Below, piece after piece: positions 52,138-62,609 of a stretch of 64,000 bases of DNA; within the stretch, counting starts at the first letter, position 1; each line of letters opens with the position of its first letter. This DNA is from Verrucomicrobiaceae bacterium (GTDB taxonomy: Bacteria; Verrucomicrobiota; Verrucomicrobiia; Verrucomicrobiales; Verrucomicrobiaceae), in NCBI GenBank assembly GCA_016713245.1, contig JADJPM010000001.1, positions 1,679,076-1,743,075 on the forward strand, read 5' to 3'. A program made the translations under genes and the position numbers. A model generated the notes under the pieces. It did not search any database. It was given only the letters and a program-made list of their open reading frames with translations, and was not told where the DNA came from.

Positions 52138-52917
52138 ATGAAATCGATCTTTACCTTTCTTTGCCTCATCAGCCTGCTTTCCGCTCAGGAGGTCAAACTA
52201 CCGCCGAAGGAGCAGTTTCATCTGTTTTTGCTCGTCGGGCAATCCAACATGGCCGGGCGTGGCGTGGTGGAGGAGCAGGACAAGACGTCGCATCCGCGTG
52301 TGCTGATGCTGAGCAAGGACGGCCAGTGGGTGCCGGCAGTCGATCCGCTGCACTTCGACAAGCCAGCCGTGGGTGTGGGCTTGGGCAAAACCTTTGGCCA
52401 GCTCATCGCCGAGGCAAATCCGGGCGTGACCATCGGCCTCATTCCCTGCGCGGTGGGCGGCTCGCCGATTGATTCTTGGCAGCCTGGCGTGTTTTACGCA
52501 CCCACAAAGAGTCATCCTTGGGATGACACGGTGAAGCGTGTGGCGCTTTCTCTGCCGATGGGCACGATCAAAGGCATTCTGTGGCATCAGGGCGAGAGTG
52601 ATTGCAAACCGGAGCTGGCCTCCGCCTATGCGCCCAAGCTCCACGACCTCGTGAAACGCCTTCGCGAGCTGGTGAAAGCACCGAACGTGCCCTTCATCGC
52701 CGGGCAGATGGGCAAGTTCGACGAGGTGCCGTGGTCGCCGGAGATCGTGACGGTGGATCAGGCACATCAGGAGCTGCCCAAACACGTCTCCAACACCGCC
52801 TTCGTCACCGCCGAGGGCCTCAAGCACAAGGGCGACAAGATCCACTTCGATGCCGCGTCTTACCGCGAACTCGGAAAACGGTATGCGAAGGCATTCTCGA
52901 AGATGGCGGCCAAGTGA
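52138..52917 (+). CDS. Sialate O-acetylesterase (SASA/SGNH) family
   Basis: LLVGQSNMAGRG, GGSPI, ILWHQGESD, DKIHF. Confidence 0.88.
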   Translation: MKSIFTFLCLISLLSAQEVKLPPKEQFHLFLLVGQSNMAGRGVVEEQDKTSHPRVLMLSKDGQWVPAVDPLHFDKPAVGVGLGKTFGQLIAEANPGVTIGLIPCAVGGSPIDSWQPGVFYAPTKSHPWDDTVKRVALSLPMGTIKGILWHQGESDCKPELASAYAPKLHDLVKRLRELVKAPNVPFIAGQMGKFDEVPWSPEIVTVDQAHQELPKHVSNTAFVTAEGLKHKGDKIHFDAASYRELGKRYAKAFSKMAAK

Positions 52918-52928
52918 ATGCTCCACTT

Positions 52929-52956
52929 TTCACGCCGTCATTCGCACCAGCACGGC
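52929..52956. repeat. Direct repeat of the ilvA 3' end (att-like, left)
   Basis: TTCACGCCGTCATTCGC exact 17 bp, 24/28 extended, to 62829-62856. Confidence 0.75.
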
Positions 52957-53034
52957 AGCCCTTTAGCCATTGAGACAGCAGCAAACTTTCCTCACATGTT
53001 TGCCAAAGTGTGGCAGTCTGCTCTTTTTTCCGCA

Positions 53035-53769
53035 ATGACCCGGGAGCCACATCCGCCATCAAAGGCCGCCTCATTCCATACGACGAGGTGGACGCGTGTA
53101 GGCCTCGCCAAAACGGGGTCTGAGGATGGGAAGCGAGCCTTGGCGGATCTTTGTGATTCGTACTATGAGCCGGTCGTCGCCTTTCTGCGCTGGGAGTTGC
53201 GGGACGCGGACGCGGCACGGGACATGAGCCATGCGTTCTTCTCGGAGATGCTCGCTGGCGGCACGATTGCGGGAGTGGAGCAGGGGCGCGGGCGCTTTCG
53301 CTCTTACTTGCTGGGCGCGGTGAAGCATTTCCTCGCCAACCAGCGAGAAGCGGCTCGCCGCATGAAGCGAGGCGGTGGCGTGGTGAACGTTTCCCTCGAT
53401 GAGGACTTGTCCGGCGTGCTCAACTTACCTGATGAGAGGCAGATCTCGCCCGACGCAGCCTTTGACCGTGAATGGGCGCTGACCACGCTGGCGCATGCGA
53501 TGGAGACGGTCAAACAGGAGTGCGAGAAGGAAGGTAAGGCAGATTTTTTTCATCAAATCAAGCCCTGGCTGACGGGAGATGCCACCCATGGAGACCAGGG
53601 CGCGGTGGCGGAAGCATGCGCCATGAGTCCTGCGGCGCTGAAGATGGCCATTAGTCGCTTGCGCAGGCGATTTCGGGATTGCGTGCGAGCGGAGGTCGCC
53701 GGCACCTTGGATGATGTGGCGATGGTGGAGACGGAAATGCAGGAATTGTTCGCGGCTCTTTCATCATGA
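53035..53769 (+). CDS. ECF RNA polymerase sigma factor (kinase-associated PVC type)
   Basis: FHTTRWT, YYEPV, GRFRSYL, FDREWA, ALKMAISRLRRRF. Confidence 0.85.
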   Translation: MTREPHPPSKAASFHTTRWTRVGLAKTGSEDGKRALADLCDSYYEPVVAFLRWELRDADAARDMSHAFFSEMLAGGTIAGVEQGRGRFRSYLLGAVKHFLANQREAARRMKRGGGVVNVSLDEDLSGVLNLPDERQISPDAAFDREWALTTLAHAMETVKQECEKEGKADFFHQIKPWLTGDATHGDQGAVAEACAMSPAALKMAISRLRRRFRDCVRAEVAGTLDDVAMVETEMQELFAALSS

Positions 53770-53777
53770 ACTTATTT

Positions 53778-53803
53778 GGTTACCCATTCCGGCTCCTGCG
53801 TCA
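53778..53803 (+). promoter_or_regulatory. Candidate ECF promoter GGTTAC-N15-CGTCA (copy 1, kinase)
   Basis: Same motif and spacing at 56759 and 57344. Confidence 0.65.
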
Positions 53804-53812
53804 CTTGTCTGC

Positions 53813-56715
53813 ATGAGTGATTCGTCCCCCAGCTCCTGCCCGAAATGCCAAGCGGCCCTGCCCGCCCATGCGACGGAGGGATTGTGCCCGCGCTGCCTGA
53901 TGGCCCAGGTGATGCAGCCCTCACAGGTCTCCGCGCCTGAGGGGACACCACGACCCACGGGTGCAGCAGCGCCTGAGCTTCCCTTGCCGGAGGAGCTCAC
54001 CGCGTTGCTCCCAGCGGAAACCTATCGCGTGGATTATTTGATCGGTCGGGGTGGCATGGGCGCGGTTTACAAGGGGGAGCAGTTGCGGCTCGATCGCCCG
54101 GTCGCGATCAAACTCATGCGACGTGACCAGGGGCGGGACCATGGCTTTGAACAGCGTTTCCACCGTGAGGCGCTGGCCATGGCCAAGCTGAACCACCCGA
54201 ACATCGTGAGCGTCATCGACTATGGCGAGGCGGGTCCAGACTACCTCTACATCGTCATGGAGTTGGTGGAGGGTGCGGACATGATGGAGGTGCTCCGCAC
54301 CGGGCGCATGACGCAGGAGATGGCGCTGAGGCTGCTGCCGCAGATTTGTGACGCGCTCCAGTTCGCCCACGACCACGGCATCGTCCATCGCGACATCAAG
54401 CCGAGTAACATCATGCTCACCCGCGACGGTCGCATCAAGATGTGCGACTTCGGCCTGGCGAAGCGCCACGACGTGGAGAGCACCTTCCAGACCCGGAGCG
54501 GCACCGGGATGGGCACACCGGATTACGCCGCGCCGGAGCAGTTCAGCGCGGCGGACCAAGTGGATCACCGCGCGGACATCTATGCGCTCGGTGTGATGAT
54601 TTATCAGATGCTCACCGGCCATCTCCCTCGCGGAGCGTGGAAACCGCCGACACAGCACACGATGTGCGATCCGTTTTGGGATGAGATCGTGAGCCACGCG
54701 ATGCAGACCGATCCCAAGGACCGCTATCAGGCGGCCAGCGAGGTCAAATCCGATGTCAGCAGCATCCCGCTAGCCTCCGCTGATCAGCTTGGCCCGCGAC
54801 CAAGCACTGAGTCAGAGGGCCAGCACATGCCTACCCGCGCCGCCTCCCACACGCCGCTTATCCTCGGCATTGTGCTGTGCGTGGTCGTGCTCGCAGGCAT
54901 TCCCTTCTTTACCTCGCGGCCGGATGCTGGGGACAACGCTCCCGAGGCATCTCGTTCCGCCCCCGAGGCCGAAGTCCACACTTTCGCGGGTCATCGCTAC
55001 CAGTTCGTGCCCGGCGCGGACCGCTGGGAGGAGGCCAAGGCGAAGGCCGAGACGATGGGCGGGCACCTGGCGACGATCACGAGCAAGGAGGAGAACGAGT
55101 TCATCTACGCCACCTTTGGTGACAAACTCGATCCGGCCATCCGCGCCTCCAGCATCTGGATTGGCGGGTTTGCTGGCAGCATGGGCCAATCATTCAAATG
55201 GGTCACCGGCGAGCCTTTTGGCTTCACCGATTGGTCGGCGGGCGAGCCTGATTACTCCGGCACGTCGGGCCAGCCGATGCCAGGGACGTTTGGCGTGCTC
55301 ATCAAACACATGGGACGCTCAATTGGTTTGATGACCCCGTGAAGCGCTACGATTTGAAAGCTGGCTTCATCGTCGAGTGGGACGACATTGGCACCGCGAA
55401 GCTCGCACCGCTCTCCCCCGGCACCGTGGACTTGCTCGCACTGGCCGATTTCGTCAAAGATGCTGTAGGCGGCACCTGGCGTCGCGAGGGCACGGATTTG
55501 ATCGTGGCTGAAGATGAAGCCTCGTCCGGGAGAAAAGGGGTTCGTTTTGGTCTCGCCCTGCCGGTGCAGGTACAAGGTTCCTACCAGATCGAGGTCGAGT
55601 TCACGAGGCTCAGCCGAAAGCGAAACTCTGGGAATCTAGGCACGGTCTGCCTGCTCCTCCCGCTCCCGGACGGGCGCAGCGCGGCGGCGTTTTTCCAGGA
55701 GTCCAATCCCTACGCGGGGCTGGCGAGCGTGCGTGGCTACACCACCCGGCAGGCGGAAAATCCCACGCGCATCCCCAACCAGTTGGAGGATGACCGCCGC
55801 TACCGAGGCACTGTGAAGGTACTCATCAAGGGCGACCAAGTGGACATCGCCGCCACTCTGGATGGCAAACCTCTCTTTCAATTCCAAGGCCCGGTCACGG
55901 ATCTGGAGTCCCCGGATCTGTTAGTCATGGCGGACCCGGCTCGTCCCGGCATGAGAAGCATCGATCCCGTGGCGTGGCACAGCGTCCGCATCACCCCGCT
56001 GGACGGCGGCACGCTCACCCCGGTGAGGCCCGACGCCATTCCACCAGCAACCAGTGGGTCGGCGGCGGCCTCTGCGCCTCAGGCACCCGGAGCCGTGGAC
56101 CTGCTCGCCTTAGCTGATGTCGTCAAAGATGCGGAAGGCGGTGTCTGGCGTCGCGAGGGAGCGGATTTGACCACTGCCGACGATCCAGCCAAGCCCCGCG
56201 TCAAGAGCTCTGGCACCCGGCTCAGCCTCGCCCTCCCGGTGCGGGTGACGGGATCCTACCGTGTGGAGGTCGAGTTTACGAAACTTGGCCGCAGAGAAAC
56301 CGTCAGCGTGATCCTCCCGCTCGCGGACGGCCGGAGCGTGGTGGCGAATTTTCTGGAAAGCTCGGATTTCGCGGGGCTGGTCTACGTGCGTGGTTTCACC
56401 CTCAAGGACGCGGGCAACCCCACACGCACACTCCATCAGTTGGAGAACGAGCGCCGTTACCAGGCCTCGGTGGAGGTGCTCATCAACGGCGATCAAGTTC
56501 ACATCACCGCCACCTTCGAGGGCAAGCCGCTCTTTCGCTTCCAGGGGCCAGTGGCGGACCTCGACAGCCGCCAGTATGCCATGGCGGACCCGGCTCGGCC
56601 CGGCCTCAAAAGCATGGCCCCAGTGACGTGGCACACTTTTCGCCTCACCCCGCTGGATGGCGGCACGCTCACTCCGGTGAGGCCGGATGTGATCCTGCCG
56701 GCCACCAAGCCATAG
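53813..56715 (+). CDS. Membrane Ser/Thr kinase with C-type-lectin-like domain and two duplicated beta-sandwich domains; frameshift near 55317
   Basis: CPKC..CPRC N-terminus, IGRGGMG, HRDIKPSN, DFG, GTPDYAAPE; lectin motifs WEEAK..GGHLATI and NWFDD..GFIVEW split by the frameshift. Confidence 0.85.
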
Positions 56716-56758
56716 TGCGGGGGAGACCCGCGAGCCGCTGCCTGGCCGCAAAAAACCT

Positions 56759-56784
56759 GGTTACCTATCCCGGGCGGCGCGTCA
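56759..56784 (+). promoter_or_regulatory. Candidate ECF promoter GGTTAC-N15-CGTCA (copy 2)
   Basis: ctGGTTACctatcc...CGTCAggag. Confidence 0.7.
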
Positions 56785-56817
56785 GGAGCCTGCATGAGCC
56801 ACTCATCCGCTCTCGCC

Positions 56818-57318
56818 ATGAAAACCATCCTGTTCATCCTCGTCTGCGCATCCGCCGCCCTTTCGCCCGCCTTCGCCCAGGCGCAGGACACCGAAGTCAA
56901 GGTCCAGCGCCGCACTCTCGACCGGGAGGACAAGCTCAACCGCCCAAAGAAGAATGCTCAGGAGCTGACATGCGGCCTTCGCATCACCGTGAAGAACGCC
57001 ACCACCAAGCCGCTCGGGGAGGGCGAGATCGAGTGGGCCGTGCTCGTGCAGCGGCCGAGTGGCCAGCGCAAGGCGTTGTATAGCTCAGGGAAGGAAAAGC
57101 TCCCATCACTCCAAGCGTTGGCGGAGATGACGATGGATGTCGGAGCCGTCGCCGTGCAGCACGATGGGTCGAAACGCCAGGAAATGGAGTATCAAGTTAT
57201 CGTCCGCCGCGACGGGGTCGAGGTAGCGAAGGCGGAAAGCACCCCCAGCTTTTCCCAGCAGGCCGAATCGGCCAGCGGAGCCAAAAAGAAGAGCAAGGCC
57301 ACAGGAAAGCAGAAATAG
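56818..57318 (+). CDS. Secreted hypothetical protein
   Basis: Signal peptide MKTILFILVCASAALSPAFA. Confidence 0.7.
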   Translation: MKTILFILVCASAALSPAFAQAQDTEVKVQRRTLDREDKLNRPKKNAQELTCGLRITVKNATTKPLGEGEIEWAVLVQRPSGQRKALYSSGKEKLPSLQALAEMTMDVGAVAVQHDGSKRQEMEYQVIVRRDGVEVAKAESTPSFSQQAESASGAKKKSKATGKQK

Positions 57319-57343
57319 CCCGCCGGACGCCCTGAAAAAAACT

Positions 57344-57369
57344 GGTTACCAATCCGCTGGGGCACGTCA
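57344..57369 (+). promoter_or_regulatory. Candidate ECF promoter GGTTAC-N15-CGTCA (copy 3)
   Basis: ctGGTTACcaatcc...CGTCAggag. Confidence 0.7.
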
Positions 57370-57427
57370 GGAGTCTCCACGAGCCCGTCATCCGCCCTTT
57401 CGCTTCCCTCGGCCACCCACCCATTCC

Positions 57428-60400
57428 ATGAAAACCAAACATCATCGCCTGCTGCACCTCTGCCTTTTGATCGGCACCCTTTTACGTTGCCGCTTTGTTT
57501 CGAGAATCATCTTGAGCGGCTGTCTCGCTGCGCTCGGCTCGGCAGGGGGCACGCTACATTCTCAGGTGCCCAATCTCGTCAGCTACCAGGGCCGCGTCGC
57601 CGTCGGCACGGTGAATTTCGAAGGCACCGGCCAGTTCCGCTTCGCCCTGGTGAACACATCCGGCACCACCGTCTATTGGGGCAACGCGGCTGACACCACG
57701 CCCGCTGACGGCGTGCCGGATGCCGCCGTCTCCCTCACTGTGAGCAAGGGCCTCTACTCCGTGCTCCTCGGCGACACGAGCATCGCCAACATGGCCGCCA
57801 TCCCTGCAAGTGTATGGACCAATCCCGACGTGCGGCTCCGCGTTTGGTTCAACGACGGCGTGAACGGCAACCAGCTCCTCACCCCCGACCAGCGCCTCAC
57901 GCCCGTCGGCTATATCGCCGATGGCGCGGTTACATCCGCCAAACTGACCTCAGGCTCCGTGACGAGCACCCAGCTCGCCAGCGGCCTCACTCTTGGCGGC
58001 ACCACCAGCGGCACTTTCAGTGGCACTTTCAGTGGCAACGGGAATGCGCTCACCACCCTGAATGCCACCAGCCTCACCAGCGGCACCGTGGCCGATGCCC
58101 GGCTCTCGTCCAACGTGGCGCTTCGCAACAGCGCGAACACGTTCACGGGTGCCCTTTCCATGGGATCGAACAGCACCTTTATCGCGCCACACCGCCCCGG
58201 CAGCACGGGCAACGACAACAGTTTCATCGGCAACAACGCGGGCGGTTCCAACACCACGGGCGCATCGAACACCATCATGGGGAACACCAGCTTTGCGTAC
58301 AACACCACCGGCAGTTTCAATACCGGTGTCGGCCGCTACGCTCTCAACTTAAACATCGAGGGCCACGGCAATACTGCTGTGGGCATGAACGCGCTCCGTG
58401 CCACCACGAGCAGCAACAATACAGCGGTGGGCCGCGATGCGCTGATCAACAACACCACCGGCACTGGCAATATCGCGCTCGGCTATCTGGCAGGAAATGC
58501 GCTGACGACCGGCAGCAACAACATCCACATCGGAAACCTGGGGGTGGCTGGAGAAAGTGCCATCATCCGCATCGGCACGAGCCAGACGGATACATTCCTC
58601 ACCGGCATCATCCATGGCGACGGATCTGCGCTCACGGGTCTCAACGGCGCGAATCTGGCCGCAGGATCAGTCGCCAGCACACAACTGGCTGTGGGCGCTG
58701 TGCAGACGGCAGCCATCACGGATGGTGCCGTCACCGCCGCCAAGCTCGGGGCCGATGTCGGCCTCTGGTCCGCCGCTGGCGCGGATGTCTTCCGCAGCGC
58801 GGGAAATGTCGGCATCGGCACCGCCGCTCCTCTTGCGAAACTCGAAGTCTCCGACGGCACCGCAAGCCTTCAAATCCGCCCCGGCGAACTCAACGGCACC
58901 GTCTCCGCCGGTGACGTGACCTTGGAAATCTCCGGCAATCACACCCTCGGCATTTGGGACTCGCTCAAAGTCCACAGCAACCTCAACGTCGGAGGCGACT
59001 ACTACGGCCGCGGCCACATGTGGCTCCACGCCTTCGAGGGCGATGGAGTGAGCGGTACCGCTGTCCTCCAGGCCCGCGACACCAGCGGCACCTCCAGCAT
59101 CGGCCTCCAGCTCCGCACCCAATACACCGGCACCTGGCTGAACTCTCTGATGATCGCCCCGGACGGTAAAGTGGGCATCGGCACCAACGCACCCACGACC
59201 AGGCTCGAAGTGAGCGGCGACATCAAGGGCAGCGCCTTTATCGGCAGCGGGGCCGCGCTCACCGGCCTCCCGGGCGGCAACATCAATGCGGGCACGGTGG
59301 GAACCACCCAGCTCGCCGCCGCATCCGTCACCGCCGCCAAGCTCGGGACCGACGTGGGCCTTTGGAGTGTCAGCGGCGCGAATGTCTTCCGCAGCGCCGG
59401 CAACGTCGGCATCGGCACCAGTTCACCGGGGCGGCCACTGCAGGTTGATGGAACCTCCCCGGCGATGGTCATTGGCAACGAATTCATTCCAGGCAGGACC
59501 AGCCTGCTGATGGCAGTGACGGCGAATTCAGGAGGTCACTCCATCCTTCAGAGCACCAGCAGCGCGGGTGGCTCTTTTGGGGCGCTCAGCCTGCAGCCGA
59601 ATGGAGGTGATGTCGGCATCGGCACTGAAACACCCACGGCCAAGCTCGAAGTAAACGGCAGCATCAAAGGCACCTCATTCATCGGCAGCGGTGCAGGGCT
59701 CACCAACCTCAACGGGGCGAGCCTCACCGCAGGCAGCGTGAGCGGCACCCAGCTTGGGAGCAATCTCACCCTCGGCGGCATCACGACGGGCAGCTTCAGC
59801 GGCAACGGCGCGGGGCTGACAAACCTGCCCAATTCCGCCACCACCGGCACGGCGGCCAATACACCGAACACCCTCGTCCTGCGTGACGGCAGCGGAGACT
59901 TCTCCGCTCATTCCCTGTCCCTGAGCGGCAGCTTGAGCCTTCCCGCGACGACGGGCGGTGGTGACGGGGTGGTTTCCATCGGCGGTCAGCGTGTGCTCCA
60001 CACGCGCGGCTCCGGCAATGTCTTTATCGGCACGAACGCCGGCAACCTGACAATGACTGGCACCCATAACACAGCCAGCGGAAATAATGCGCTTGCCTTC
60101 AACACGACCGGCTACGCAAACATGGCCAGCGGAGAAAGTGCGCTTTTCTCCAACACGTCCGGCTTCTACAACACAGCCAACGGAAATAATGCGCTTTATT
60201 CAAACACGACCGGCTCCGGAAATACGGCCAGCGGACGTAGTGCGCTTTTCTCCAACACGACCGGCACCCACAACACGGCCAGCGGAACTAATGCGCTTGC
60301 CTTCAACACGACCGGCTCCGACAACACGGCCAGCGGACATAGTGCGCTTCGCTCCAACACGGAAGGCCACTTCAACACAGCCAGCGGAGGACAGGCGCTT

Positions 60401-61504
60401 TACTACAACACGACCGGCTCCGACAACACGGCCAGCGGAACTAATGCGCTTTTCTCCAACACGACCGGCTCCGACAACACGGCCATCGGAGAAGGTGCGC
60501 TTTACTACAACACGACCGGCTCCGGCAATATTGCGTTAGGCCAGGATGCCGGCGGCAACATCACAAACACCCACAACAACATCTGCATTGGCAATCTCGG
60601 TGTCACTGGCGACAGCGGGATCATCCGAATTGGCACGGATGGAACACACCAAAGAACCATCCTCGTCGGCAACGTGGGCATCGGCACGAACTCCCCCACG
60701 CAGGCGAAACTCGAGGTGAACGGTGGTGCCAGCACGACCGCCGGGCAGTTCGGCAACGTGCGCTACTTCAATCTTCAAATTGACGGCACCGTCAGCAACT
60801 GGGGCGGCGGACTCGTTTCCATCTATGCCTCCGACAACATCGTTGCCAGCGGCATCGGCCTCTTCTCCGATGCGCGGATCAAGAACATCACAGGCCGTTC
60901 CTCCTCGGTCACCGACCTCGAGACCCTACAAAAGATCGAAATCACCGATTACACCATGAAGGACACCGTCGCCAAAGGCACGGGCACCATCAAAAAAGTC
61001 ATCGCCCAGCAGGTCGAGAAAGCCTTCCCGCAGGCCGTCACCCGCGGCCAGGGCATCATCCCGGACATTTACCAAGCCGCCGCCGTGGAAAACGGCTGGG
61101 TCATGCTCGCCACCGATCTCCAGCCCGGCGACCGCGTGAAACTCCTCGGCGACAAGGACGAGGCGGTGCATGAAATCCTCGAAGTGGAGAAGGAGCGGTT
61201 CCGGCCCGCCGCGCTCCCCGCCGGTGGGAAGGTCTTCGTTTATGGGCGCGAGGTGAACGACCTGCGCCGTGTGGACTACGACGCCATCTCCATGCTCAAC
61301 GTCTCCGCCACCCAGGAACTGGCGAAGAAGCTCGCCGCGAAGGACGCGGAAATCGCCCGGCTCGCCGCGGAGAACGTGGAAATGAAGAGACAGCTCGTGG
61401 CGCAAGCCGAGCGGGACAAAGCCCTCGAAGCCCGCCTGGCCAGGCTGGAGCAAAACGTTCAGACCGCACGCGTGCAGACGGTGAAGGTGGCACTGAAGAA
61501 GTAA
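57428..61504 (+). CDS. Secreted tail-fibre-like beta-solenoid protein with peptidase S74 (intramolecular chaperone) domain
   Basis: Repeated GNVGIGT, NTAxGxxAL units; SDARIKN, GVIAQ-like KVIAQQV, VDYDAI; C-terminal coiled coil. Confidence 0.82.
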   Translation: MKTKHHRLLHLCLLIGTLLRCRFVSRIILSGCLAALGSAGGTLHSQVPNLVSYQGRVAVGTVNFEGTGQFRFALVNTSGTTVYWGNAADTTPADGVPDAAVSLTVSKGLYSVLLGDTSIANMAAIPASVWTNPDVRLRVWFNDGVNGNQLLTPDQRLTPVGYIADGAVTSAKLTSGSVTSTQLASGLTLGGTTSGTFSGTFSGNGNALTTLNATSLTSGTVADARLSSNVALRNSANTFTGALSMGSNSTFIAPHRPGSTGNDNSFIGNNAGGSNTTGASNTIMGNTSFAYNTTGSFNTGVGRYALNLNIEGHGNTAVGMNALRATTSSNNTAVGRDALINNTTGTGNIALGYLAGNALTTGSNNIHIGNLGVAGESAIIRIGTSQTDTFLTGIIHGDGSALTGLNGANLAAGSVASTQLAVGAVQTAAITDGAVTAAKLGADVGLWSAAGADVFRSAGNVGIGTAAPLAKLEVSDGTASLQIRPGELNGTVSAGDVTLEISGNHTLGIWDSLKVHSNLNVGGDYYGRGHMWLHAFEGDGVSGTAVLQARDTSGTSSIGLQLRTQYTGTWLNSLMIAPDGKVGIGTNAPTTRLEVSGDIKGSAFIGSGAALTGLPGGNINAGTVGTTQLAAASVTAAKLGTDVGLWSVSGANVFRSAGNVGIGTSSPGRPLQVDGTSPAMVIGNEFIPGRTSLLMAVTANSGGHSILQSTSSAGGSFGALSLQPNGGDVGIGTETPTAKLEVNGSIKGTSFIGSGAGLTNLNGASLTAGSVSGTQLGSNLTLGGITTGSFSGNGAGLTNLPNSATTGTAANTPNTLVLRDGSGDFSAHSLSLSGSLSLPATTGGGDGVVSIGGQRVLHTRGSGNVFIGTNAGNLTMTGTHNTASGNNALAFNTTGYANMASGESALFSNTSGFYNTANGNNALYSNTTGSGNTASGRSALFSNTTGTHNTASGTNALAFNTTGSDNTASGHSALRSNTEGHFNTASGGQALYYNTTGSDNTASGTNALFSNTTGSDNTAIGEGALYYNTTGSGNIALGQDAGGNITNTHNNICIGNLGVTGDSGIIRIGTDGTHQRTILVGNVGIGTNSPTQAKLEVNGGASTTAGQFGNVRYFNLQIDGTVSNWGGGLVSIYASDNIVASGIGLFSDARIKNITGRSSSVTDLETLQKIEITDYTMKDTVAKGTGTIKKVIAQQVEKAFPQAVTRGQGIIPDIYQAAAVENGWVMLATDLQPGDRVKLLGDKDEAVHEILEVEKERFRPAALPAGGKVFVYGREVNDLRRVDYDAISMLNVSATQELAKKLAAKDAEIARLAAENVEMKRQLVAQAERDKALEARLARLEQNVQTARVQTVKVALKK
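60068..60526 (+). repeat. Nine 51-bp coding tandem repeats (17 aa NTASGxxALxxNTTGxx)
   Basis: Direct reading of the DNA and protein period. Confidence 0.9.
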
Positions 61505-61522
61505 TCCCAATCACCCACGACC

Positions 61523-62557
61523 ATGGACACTTCCACCCTCATCGAACCCAATGGCGCGCAGCGCCCTGGACTGCGCGCAGCCCTGCTGCCGCCTTTCCGA
61601 GGCAGCCCTGCTGCCGCCGCAGTCTCCAAAGTTTTGAATCCTGATCCGCTGCCGCAGTCCAGGGGCTTCGCCCTCGCCTTCCTCATCCTCTTTGTCTCCC
61701 TCGCCTACGCCGGACCCCGCTCGTCCGCGAGCTACACCATCACCACCGACACCGTCAGCCATGGCGGCACCCGCATAACGAGCGCGGCTTACACGAACGA
61801 CGGCAGCGCTGGCGGCATCGTCGGCATCTCCACCGTCGCCGCTCCCGCGCAGATGGCCAAAGCGGGCTACACCGCCCAGCTCACCGAGGTCACCGCTCTC
61901 CAGCTCGCCGCCACGCCCACGACGATCAACGAAGGCACCACACGCCAGCTCACCGCCACCGCCACGCTCGATGATGCGACGACCACCGCGCTGCTCGCCA
62001 CCGATGTGACCTGGAGCGTGCCGAGCGGGCCGCTCACCAGCATCAGCACCAGCGGCCTGGCCACGGCGGGCATCGTGTATCAAAACACCGCCGCCACCGC
62101 GCAGGGCGTGTATTCCGGCATCACCGGCTCACTGAACCTCACCGTCATCAACACGAACACCGACGACATCCCAGGCTACTCTGGCGATGGTCTCGACGAC
62201 GCCTGGCAGGTCCAATACTTCGGTCTCAGCAATCCCAACGCCGCCCCGCTGCTCGATCCCGATGGTGATGGGCACACAAACGTGTTTGAAAACCTCGCCG
62301 GCATTGATCCCACCAGTGCCGCCAGCTTCTTCCGCGTGACGCAGAGCATGCTCAGCGCCAACAGCTTCCACCTGACCTTTCCCACCGTCCCAGGACGCAG
62401 TTACCAGCTCCAATCCTCCCCCAACCTCGCCCCTCCCTGGACGGACATCGGCACGGCGGAGGCTGGCACAGGAACCGCGCTGACACTACCTGTGAACGTG
62501 AGTGGCGAGACGCGTTACTTCTTCCGCGTGAGCGTTCAGCCGCTCCCCGAAGGCTGA
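61523..62557 (+). CDS. Secreted protein with Ig-like domain, DxDGDG motif and Verrucomicrobia-type C-terminal domain
   Basis: TQLTATATLDD, DGLDDAWQ, DPDGDG, YQLQSSPNL..W...YFFRV. Confidence 0.75.
   Translation: MDTSTLIEPNGAQRPGLRAALLPPFRGSPAAAAVSKVLNPDPLPQSRGFALAFLILFVSLAYAGPRSSASYTITTDTVSHGGTRITSAAYTNDGSAGGIVGISTVAAPAQMAKAGYTAQLTEVTALQLAATPTTINEGTTRQLTATATLDDATTTALLATDVTWSVPSGPLTSISTSGLATAGIVYQNTAATAQGVYSGITGSLNLTVINTNTDDIPGYSGDGLDDAWQVQYFGLSNPNAAPLLDPDGDGHTNVFENLAGIDPTSAASFFRVTQSMLSANSFHLTFPTVPGRSYQLQSSPNLAPPWTDIGTAEAGTGTALTLPVNVSGETRYFFRVSVQPLPEG
61564..61664. repeat. REP/MITE-like palindromic insertion in the 5' end of 61523
   Basis: CCCTGGACTGCG ... CGCAGTCCAGGG terminal inverted repeat; internal direct repeat GCAGCCCTGCTGCCGCC x2. 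Confidence 0.6.
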
Positions 62558-62609
62558 TTCCGCATTCGACACTCCGCTCAAAGACCTGCGCACCACCTAA
62601 AGCACCGCT

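Noticed and set aside
57428-61504. Prophage
   Set aside because: Only one fibre-like gene; no capsid, terminase, portal or integrase nearby.
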